IMG/VR virus record: IMGVR_UViG_3300032232_001056
Span: 1-36,369 of that record
DNA: 36,369 nt
Reading direction: 5' to 3' (one strand)
Source: a virus
Taxonomy: Duplodnaviria > Caudoviricetes
The notes under the pieces are model-generated. The model worked only from the letters and a program-made list of their open reading frames with translations, was not told the origin of the DNA and searched no databases. Below, in pieces: positions 30,437-36,369 of this stretch (position 1 is its first letter; every line of letters starts with the position of its first letter). The translations under genes were made by a program, and so were the position numbers.

Positions 30437-32365
30437 ATGCCAATATCGCCACAGATCACAATTACTCCAGAGGATCTTGATTACAAGAGCTTTGACATCA
30501 CCGCTGTTTCTTATACATCAAGCACAGCAACATACACGGCGGTTGGTCATACGTTTGCTTCTGGAACTATTGTTTCGGTTACTGGAATTGTTCCAGATGG
30601 TTACAACGGATCGTTTGAAATTACCTCAATTGCAACTAATACTTTTACAGTTGCCAATACAACTAACGCTGCGGTAACGACTGCTACTGGTAATGCTTAC
30701 TGGGCTGATAACACAGAGTATTCTTATGAGACCAATGATTATGCTTATCAAGCGGATAGCGCTGACGTAACAACTTTAATCGACTCAAACGCAACCGTTG
30801 CAAACGCTGCTGCTGAAGCTGCTCAAGCTCAAGCAACAGCGGATCTTGCTGCTGCTGACGCTGCATTTGCTTTAACTGCTGCGGGTAATGCTCAAACAAC
30901 TGCTGATGGCAAAAACAAAATTTATCGACAAGGAACAGCTCCATCTGGATCTTTAGTTGCCGGCGATCTTTGGTATGACACAAGCACTGGTAACAAGCCC
31001 TATCGTTACAGCGGATCTGCTTGGGTTTCAGTTCAAGATGATTCAATTGCAACAGCTTTAAGTACAGCTAACGCCGCTCAAAGTACAGCTAACGGCAAGA
31101 ATAAAATTACTTATTCAACAACAACTCCAGGATCAACAGCTAATACAGCTGGAGATCTTTGGTGGCAATACTCCGGTGGCAATGTTATTGCCCAATGGAC
31201 TGGAGCTGGCGGAACTTCTTGGACTTCAAATACCCTGGCAAGCGCTGTTATTGCAAGCATTGATGCCGGTAAGATTACTGCTGGAACAATCAGCGTTGCA
31301 ATCTCGCTTGAGGCTGCGACGATTACCGGTGGATCTATTAACATCGGATCTGGAGTATTCCAGGTATCTTCTGCTGGAGCTGTAACAATCACTTCTGGAT
31401 CGATTAACATTAACAGCAGTACATTTATTCTTTCTTCTGCTGGTAAATTAACTTGTTCTGATGTGGTTATTACCGGCGGAACTTTAACTATTGGTACTAA
31501 GTTTTCTGTAAGCAACACGGGAGTTCTGACTGCTTCTGGCGGACAATTTACTGGAAAAATTATAGCTGATTCTGGCTGGATTGGTTCAGAAACCGGAGGC
31601 TGGAATTTTACTTCTACTGGATACTTAAAAAGTTATGATAGTTCAACTATTTTTTATCCAACATCTTCAGCAAGCGCTTACGCAATTATTACCGACAGAA
31701 TAATTTCAAGTGCTGGTATTCAGTCTTCTGCAACAATATCAACTACCGGAAATGCTCGCGTTTCAGCTCAAGGTACTACTTCAAATCGTTGTGAGTTTAA
31801 TTATTACAACACAATTAACCTTCAGTCTATTACTGGTGGCTACGGTGTTGATTCTGATTGGTCACCTAACTCTGACAATACGTACGATCTAGGACTTGCG
31901 ACAAGCAATGGTGCAAGTACAAACCGCCGCTGGCGCAGACTGTATTCAAACAATACAACCATCAGCACATCTGATTATCGTCTAAAGACTGACGTAACGG
32001 ATTCACCGCTTGGTTTAAGTTTTATTGAATCCTTACGTCCTGTTAGTTACAAATGGATTGTGGGCAAGCAAGAAGTTGTTAAAGATGCAGATGGAAACGG
32101 AATTGTTATTGGGCAAGATCCTTTAGGAAAACCTATCTTTGAAATGGCGTCTACGCCTGGGCAGAGACTTCATTACGGATTTATAGCTCAGGAAGTTAAA
32201 ACAGCTCTTGATGCCTCCGGCGTAGAAGATTTTGCTGGTTGGGTTCAAGATGATCTATCAAATCCTGATTCAACACAATCGCTTTCATACGAGCAATTCA
32301 TAGCTCCGTTGGTTAAGGCTGTTCAAGAACTTACGGATCGTGTAAAACAACTAGAGGGGAAATAA
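30437..32365 (+). CDS. tail fibre/spike with C-terminal intramolecular chaperone (peptidase S74-like)
   Basis: TADGKNKI and GDLW repeats, IDAGKITAGTI, then SDYRLK...LRPVSY...GFIAQEV...LVKAVQEL coiled coil. Confidence 0.85.
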   Translation: MPISPQITITPEDLDYKSFDITAVSYTSSTATYTAVGHTFASGTIVSVTGIVPDGYNGSFEITSIATNTFTVANTTNAAVTTATGNAYWADNTEYSYETNDYAYQADSADVTTLIDSNATVANAAAEAAQAQATADLAAADAAFALTAAGNAQTTADGKNKIYRQGTAPSGSLVAGDLWYDTSTGNKPYRYSGSAWVSVQDDSIATALSTANAAQSTANGKNKITYSTTTPGSTANTAGDLWWQYSGGNVIAQWTGAGGTSWTSNTLASAVIASIDAGKITAGTISVAISLEAATITGGSINIGSGVFQVSSAGAVTITSGSININSSTFILSSAGKLTCSDVVITGGTLTIGTKFSVSNTGVLTASGGQFTGKIIADSGWIGSETGGWNFTSTGYLKSYDSSTIFYPTSSASAYAIITDRIISSAGIQSSATISTTGNARVSAQGTTSNRCEFNYYNTINLQSITGGYGVDSDWSPNSDNTYDLGLATSNGASTNRRWRRLYSNNTTISTSDYRLKTDVTDSPLGLSFIESLRPVSYKWIVGKQEVVKDADGNGIVIGQDPLGKPIFEMASTPGQRLHYGFIAQEVKTALDASGVEDFAGWVQDDLSNPDSTQSLSYEQFIAPLVKAVQELTDRVKQLEGK

Positions 32366-32518
32366 ATGCCATATCATGTAGGAGAACCTAATTCATACGG
32401 ATGCAAAGGTTTTCCTGTAATAAAAGATGATGACAATACAGTAATGGGTTGTCATACAACAAAACAAGATGCAATAAATCAATTAAAAGCTTTATATGCA
32501 AACGAGGGGAAATAAATG
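32354..32518 (+). repeat. 15-bp direct repeats GAGGGGAAATAAATG flanking the 49-aa gene
   Basis: Copies at 32354-32368 and 32504-32518, exactly 150 bp apart. Confidence 0.85.
32366..32515 (+). CDS. 49-aa protein with GC..GCH motif (not in ORF track)
   Basis: MPYHVGEPNSYGCKGFPVIKDDDNTVMGCHTTKQDAINQLKALYANEGK; GAGGGG RBS. Confidence 0.75.
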   Translation: MPYHVGEPNSYGCKGFPVIKDDDNTVMGCHTTKQDAINQLKALYANEGK

Positions 32519-32644
32519 GAAACGCAAGTAGAAATATCAGACGTTCTCAAGTACTTACGAGAGATGGTCGCAAATCAAGCACAAGAGATTGCAGTTCTTA
32601 AAGCAACTCTTGCACAACAAGAAAAATCAATCACTAACTCATAA
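32516..32644 (+). CDS. 42-aa coiled-coil protein (not in ORF track)
   Basis: METQVEISDVLKYLREMVANQAQEIAVLKA...; GAGGGG RBS. Confidence 0.7.
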   Translation: METQVEISDVLKYLREMVANQAQEIAVLKATLAQQEKSITNS

Positions 32645-32660
32645 CCCGAAAGGGCGCCAA

Positions 32661-32915
32661 ATGTCATCAGACGTAGCCACTGTTATTTATTCTTATTTCT
32701 TTATAGCGGTATCTTTGCTGACCGGTATTGGATTTGTAGCTAAACATTCAATACGCAAGCACACCGAAGAACTTAAGGTTAAACTTAACAGGATTGAATA
32801 CGCTCTTTACAACGATGGCAAGACTGGTCTCATCAATAAGGTGGATCAGCTTATTGAAAATCAACAGTGTATCCGGATCGATGTTGAGATCCTAAAATCA
32901 AAGGCTGAAGAATGA
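32661..32915 (+). CDS. single-TM membrane protein of the lysis module
   Basis: Start ATG 32661; N-terminal TM, LYNDGKTGL..KVD coiled coil; overlaps endolysin. Confidence 0.7.
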   Translation: MSSDVATVIYSYFFIAVSLLTGIGFVAKHSIRKHTEELKVKLNRIEYALYNDGKTGLINKVDQLIENQQCIRIDVEILKSKAEE

Positions 32916-33412
32916 GTCAACGTAATCAATTTATTATGGCTGCCAGAGCTGAGATCGGTACTGTAGAAGGGCCCAAAGACAATGAAACAAAGTATGGCGC
33001 GTTTACTAAAGCTAACTTTGCTCCTTGGTGTGGGTCTTTTGTTATGTGGTGCGCTCATCAGGTTGGTCTTAAGATCCCAAATGTCGTAAGTACGACAACC
33101 GGAGCTAGCAAATTTCAAGGCACCGGAGCTTGGTCTAATGCGGAAACTGCAAAGCCAAAGCCAGGCGATCTAGCCTTCTTTGACTTTGCTGAAGGCGGTA
33201 ATCCAGTGGATCACGTAGGTATTGTTGTCAAAGACAACGGAGATGGAACTGTTACTACGATCGAAGGTAATACTTCTGGAGACGCAAAAAAGTCGACTTC
33301 AGAACGCAACGGGGGAGAAGTAGCTCAAAAGATCAGAGCATATAAGGCTAATAACAAAAAGAAATTAAAGCCTTTTATTGTTGGCTTCGGATCACCGAAG
33401 TTCAAGGACTAG
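32912..33412 (+). CDS. CHAP-domain endolysin
   Basis: PWCGSFV.W, PGDL.FF, DHVGIV, TIEGNT. Confidence 0.9.
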   Translation: MSQRNQFIMAARAEIGTVEGPKDNETKYGAFTKANFAPWCGSFVMWCAHQVGLKIPNVVSTTTGASKFQGTGAWSNAETAKPKPGDLAFFDFAEGGNPVDHVGIVVKDNGDGTVTTIEGNTSGDAKKSTSERNGGEVAQKIRAYKANNKKKLKPFIVGFGSPKFKD

Positions 33413-33420
33413 GAGAACCC

Positions 33421-33618
33421 ATGAATAAAGATAAAGCCATTGCTGTTGTTATGACCTACGCTCGCGCTGCTGTTCCTTCCGTCCTGGCAATGTATGCCGG
33501 AGGAATTACAGATCCTAAAGTGTTGGCGTATGCCTTCATTTCCGCCTTCATCGCTCCACTCTGGAAGGCTATTGATCCTAAAGCCACCGAGTTTGGGAAG
33601 AATTCGACGAATAAGTAA
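33421..33618 (+). CDS. holin-like membrane protein
   Basis: Two hydrophobic segments, P..KAIDP....FG; directly after endolysin. Confidence 0.7.
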   Translation: MNKDKAIAVVMTYARAAVPSVLAMYAGGITDPKVLAYAFISAFIAPLWKAIDPKATEFGKNSTNK

Positions 33619-34020
33619 ATGTCTGAAGAAACGAAGCGCTGCTTTGATTGCGGGAAAGTCAAGTCCTTAGACAACTTTCCTCGCGACGCAAGGCGGCCCG
33701 ACGGACGAAGAGAGGTTTGCGGAGAATGCCGCAGCGCTCATCGCCGGGCTATCAAGTCTGCAGATTATGACCAGATCCTGATCGATCAGGATCATAAATG
33801 CGGCATTTGTAAAGTCCATATTGACGAGTACCCTAGAAAGTTCAGCGTGGATCACAACCACGAGGATTACTCAATCCGAGGGCTACTTTGCGGAAACTGC
33901 AACGTAGCTATCGGTATGTTCGGTGAGGATATTGAGTTCCTAAAGTCAGCTATAGGGTATCTTATGCATCACAAAACAACAATAATCCAGGGGGAAACAT
34001 GGACAGAGACGGAATCTTAG
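33619..34020 (+). CDS. endonuclease VII-family nuclease
   Basis: CFDC..K....F, CGEC, Q...CGIC, VDHNH...IRGLLC.NCN..IG. Confidence 0.88.
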   Translation: MSEETKRCFDCGKVKSLDNFPRDARRPDGRREVCGECRSAHRRAIKSADYDQILIDQDHKCGICKVHIDEYPRKFSVDHNHEDYSIRGLLCGNCNVAIGMFGEDIEFLKSAIGYLMHHKTTIIQGETWTETES

Positions 34021-34262
34021 GCGAGGCATCGCAGTTAATTTACGGAGATCGGCAAGATGATTACGGATCTCCGGAGGACAATTTTGGTCGCATGGCTAAA
34101 TTGTGGAGCGTAGTCCTAGGAATTGAAGTAGAAATGTGGCAAGTTGCCCTGTGTATGAACCAGGTAAAGGTTGCCAGATTAGTAAATCAGCCAGCTAAGG
34201 TGGACGGCTGGATCGATGGAGCGGCTTATATGGCGCTCGGCGGTGAATTAGCCACTGAATAA
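33999..34262 (+). CDS. DUF6378-like protein (nucleotide-pyrophosphatase-like fold)
   Basis: GDRQ.DYGSP.DNF.R.A.LWS, KVAR, DGW.D.AAY. Confidence 0.75.
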   Translation: MDRDGILGEASQLIYGDRQDDYGSPEDNFGRMAKLWSVVLGIEVEMWQVALCMNQVKVARLVNQPAKVDGWIDGAAYMALGGELATE

Positions 34263-34268
34263 TTAAGA

Positions 34269-34340
34269 AAGCCTGCTCGCGCAGTTGATCCTGGAAACCC
34301 CTTCTTCCAGTAGATCCTACGCGAGCAGGCTTCTTTTTTT
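34269..34340. terminator. long bidirectional intrinsic terminator between convergent operons
   Basis: AAGCCTGCTCGCG/CGCGAGCAGGCTT stem, inner CTGGAA/TTCCAG stem, downstream T-tract and upstream A-rich tract. Confidence 0.85.
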
Positions 34341-34491
34341 ATTTGGAAGAGTAATACTCCTCCAATTGGCGTTGACGGGCACGCTCGCATGCCCAATTAA
34401 AGATCCTCCACAGGATCACCGGGACCGTATAAACAGTAGTAAAGACCAAAAATAGGAAAGTCCAGGATTCTAAAGGCGTCATTGGGAACAT
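34339..34491 (-). CDS. 50-aa membrane protein (not in ORF track)
   Basis: MFPMTPLESWTFLFLVFTTVYTVPVILWRIF...; TAATG coupling. Confidence 0.65.
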   Translation of the reverse strand: MFPMTPLESWTFLFLVFTTVYTVPVILWRIFNWACERARQRQLEEYYSSK

Positions 34492-34640
34492 TATTTTTCT
34501 CCATTCTTTTTGTATAGCTCAACGAGAACTTCTCTTTGAGCGCGTTTACGATCCTGGATCGCCGGAAAGAGCCTTAATTCACGGATTTCAAGATCCAATT
34601 TGGCAATTCTCATGACAATAAGACGTTGATTTTCGTTCAT
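34491..34640 (-). CDS. 49-aa hypothetical protein (not in ORF track)
   Basis: MNENQRLIVMRIAKLDLEIREL...; ATGA coupling to the upstream gene. Confidence 0.65.
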   Translation of the reverse strand: MNENQRLIVMRIAKLDLEIRELRLFPAIQDRKRAQREVLVELYKKNGEK

Positions 34641-34837
34641 GATGCGTCAGATTTACCTTTCTCTAGGAACTTGTAATAGTCAAAATTGCTATTTACCAGG
34701 GCAATCTGATCCGCAATGATGGTTGTAGCCAGATCCACGGCAAGTTCCGGAGTATAAAGTCCGGATTCTTGAACGCAATGCTTAGCTAAACTTAAAGCTC
34801 CGGCAATCAATTCGTAGTCTTTTTTGGTCATAGCCAT
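34637..34837 (-). CDS. hypothetical protein
   Basis: MTKKDYELIA...N.NFD..KF pattern; part of the coupled leftward operon. Confidence 0.75.
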   Translation of the reverse strand: MAMTKKDYELIAGALSLAKHCVQESGLYTPELAVDLATTIIADQIALVNSNFDYYKFLEKGKSDAS

Positions 34838-34839
34838 GT

Positions 34840-35337
34840 TTATGCACCAACCTTCATTAAAAGCGCGTCAACGCGAACATATTTCTGGATCGAAGAGTCC
34901 CAAACTTCCGCTGTTGGAAGTTGGTTTACAATGGAGTAAAGCGCATTCGTGTCTGCAATTGTCGCATTTTTCAATTTATATTGTTCGACGTTTGGTAATC
35001 CTGGGTAAATCTCGTCGCCAACAACACGAACAACAATAGATTTCTTGGAATCTTTATTGTTTTCAGAAATTTCAATAATCAATTCCACTGCCATTTCTTC
35101 AGAATTTTCGTCATTCTTATGACGTTCAGTCCAATGTCCTTCGCAGTTTTCTAAGAACCATTCGCGAAGACGCACAATTTCTGAATCTTGATCGTCGATC
35201 CAACTGATCCATAGTGATCCGCCGTTACCCTGATCCTCAACAGTAGCAATTCGCTTTCCGTCACGGTAAAGAGTTCCAGTTAGTGCAACTCCATTATGAG
35301 TTGAAAGCTTCTTGATGTTTTTCATTTCGTATGTCAT
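34840..35337 (-). CDS. hypothetical early protein
   Basis: GAAGGG RBS; LYRDGKRIA.VEDQGNGG motif; first gene of the leftward operon. Confidence 0.8.
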   Translation of the reverse strand: MTYEMKNIKKLSTHNGVALTGTLYRDGKRIATVEDQGNGGSLWISWIDDQDSEIVRLREWFLENCEGHWTERHKNDENSEEMAVELIIEISENNKDSKKSIVVRVVGDEIYPGLPNVEQYKLKNATIADTNALYSIVNQLPTAEVWDSSIQKYVRVDALLMKVGA

Positions 35338-35390
35338 TTGTCTTACCCTTCTGTATATCCACCGGGCCCGTCGCCCGGTTTCATAGGATC

Positions 35391-35419
35391 ATTCTACTCC
35401 CGTGGAGTAGGAAAAGCAC
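35391..35419 (-). promoter_or_regulatory. leftward sigma70-type promoter overlapped by a palindrome
   Basis: On the - strand GTGCTT-N17-TAGAAT; CTACTCC-cgt-GGAGTAG inverted repeat at 35394-35410. Confidence 0.55.
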
Positions 35420-35443
35420 AGTATAGATAAGTATGTTTCTTAG

Positions 35444-35466
35444 AGGGGGGGGAGCCCCCCTATTTT
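35444..35466 (+). other. G/C homopolymer hairpin between the divergent promoters
   Basis: AGGGGGG-GGAG-CCCCCCT followed by ATTTT. Confidence 0.5.
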
Positions 35467-35492
35467 GAACGTAAAATTTAGATCCAGGATAC

Positions 35493-35522
35493 TTCCCTTT
35501 AACTAATCCCTGGGTATAGAAT
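35493..35522 (+). promoter_or_regulatory. rightward early promoter
   Basis: TAGAAT -10 at 35517-35522, weak -35; GAAGGGGT RBS and ATG 35569 downstream. Confidence 0.5.
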
Positions 35523-35568
35523 AAGGACATCGATCCGGACGAACGGGAAGGATCGAGAAGGGGTAAAA

Positions 35569-35733
35569 ATGTTAAAAGTAGGAATGGCAGTAGAAGTTAC
35601 TCATATCAATGGAACTGAAATTGGTGGCATTGAATCAATTAACTATAAGACAGGAAAAGTTCTTGTAGCTTTTGGTACAGGATCATCATTAAACTTTTGT
35701 AACTTTAACATCAATCAAGTAAAGGCGCTCTAA
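35569..35733 (+). CDS. 54-aa SH3/KOW-like small protein (not in ORF track)
   Basis: MLKVGMAVEV...G.IESIN..TGKVLVAF; strong RBS; TAATG coupling. Confidence 0.7.
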   Translation: MLKVGMAVEVTHINGTEIGGIESINYKTGKVLVAFGTGSSLNFCNFNINQVKAL

Positions 35734-36023
35734 TGTCAACATCACGCCGCGTTCGAGTAACTCTTGAAAATAATGAATATGTCCTGGTTCCAAAGTATTT
35801 AGTCAAAGATATGGTTGGAATTGACGAATATGGAAATCCAATTGTCCGTGAAACTGAAGCGCCATTTGCTGGAAAGTTGATTGGATACACAAATTGCTGC
35901 GGATCTTCCGCAAAAGGTTGCGATGGATATATTGGCTGCCGTGATTGTTATCGCGAAGTCGAGTCATATCTTGGCGCTCCAATGTCTGAATCTCACGTCT
36001 ATTTGAAAGTGAAGGCAGCATAA
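35733..36023 (+). CDS. hypothetical protein with Cys motifs
   Basis: TNCCG..AKG...YIGCRDCY. Confidence 0.75.
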   Translation: MSTSRRVRVTLENNEYVLVPKYLVKDMVGIDEYGNPIVRETEAPFAGKLIGYTNCCGSSAKGCDGYIGCRDCYREVESYLGAPMSESHVYLKVKAA

Positions 36024-36181
36024 TGACCACAAAAGAAGAAGCTTTGAAGTTGTACGACGAAGGAATTCCCACAATGATTGAGGATCGTTTTTTACGATCC
36101 ATGTTAAATGGTCATCGTTGGGGTTGGCATCAAACTTTATTCATGATGTGTCCGGCGTGTGAACGTCAGGCGGCGTCATAA
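36023..36181 (+). CDS. 52-aa hypothetical protein (not in ORF track)
   Basis: MTTKEEALKLYDEG...H..GWH....MCPACE; TAATG coupling on both sides. Confidence 0.7.
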   Translation: MTTKEEALKLYDEGIPTMIEDRFLRSMLNGHRWGWHQTLFMMCPACERQAAS

Positions 36182-36369
36182 TGAGCGATTATTCACAACA
36201 AATAATTGTCTGCGAGTCTTGTAAAAATACAATGATGAAAAGCACTGCTAAAAATGGACCGCAAGGCATACTTTGTTCTCGTTGCCACCCTTATGCAGAT
36301 GGGTATATTCAATTACCGCGTTTTGGCGATATTGGTTTTGAGATCGCAACAAAAATAAAGGTTGGTGAA
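36181..36369 (+). CDS. 63-aa Zn-finger protein spanning the circular junction (stop at 124-126)
   Basis: MSDYSQQIIVCESC...LCSRC...KVGE, then TAA supplied by bases 124-126. Confidence 0.75.
   Translation, partial: MSDYSQQIIVCESCKNTMMKSTAKNGPQGILCSRCHPYADGYIQLPRFGDIGFEIATKIKVGE
36247..36369. repeat. 123-bp terminal direct repeat (copy 2)
   Basis: Identical to 1-123. Confidence 0.95.

Noticed and set aside
34263-34340. tRNA or other known ncRNA in the intergenic gaps
   Set aside because: No cloverleaf with T-loop/D-loop consensus seen here or in other gaps; the structure fits a terminator
36247-36369. 123-bp end repeat as a biological terminal repeat
   Set aside because: It falls in the middle of a gene, and the HNH-terS-terL layout points to cos ends elsewhere; best explained as assembler overlap of a circular contig

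Overview
The window is an apparently complete, circularly assembled 36.2-kb tailed-phage genome with HK97-like head genes and siphovirus-like tail genes. Bases 1-123 repeat exactly at 36247-36369, and an ORF reads through the junction. Gene content suggests an actinobacterial, possibly freshwater, host (inference). Gene order: small early genes; a four-gene pyrimidine cluster (dCMP deaminase, dimeric dUTPase/dCTPase-like, dNMP kinase, thymidylate-synthase homolog with the dCMP-type Asp); resolvase, exonuclease, SSB; primase-polymerase/helicase; an atypical C5-cytosine methyltransferase; an iteron-like repeat; Ntn protease, HNH and terminases; portal; a Dps/ferritin-prohead protease fusion; major capsid; a collagen fibre flanked by two glycosyltransferases; tail genes with a -1 frameshift chaperone; lysis genes; a short leftward operon and a divergent promoter region. 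No integrase, replicative DNA polymerase, tRNA or CRISPR was seen. The most notable signals are (1) a candidate new cytosine-hypermodification system combining a T4-like modified-dC pathway, an MTase with intact catalytic but rewired cofactor motifs, and strong GATC/GGATC over-representation; (2) the Dps-protease fusion with nested internal starts; and (3) the GT-collagen-GT head-fibre module. All protein calls are motif recognition by eye and all motif counts are hand counts.
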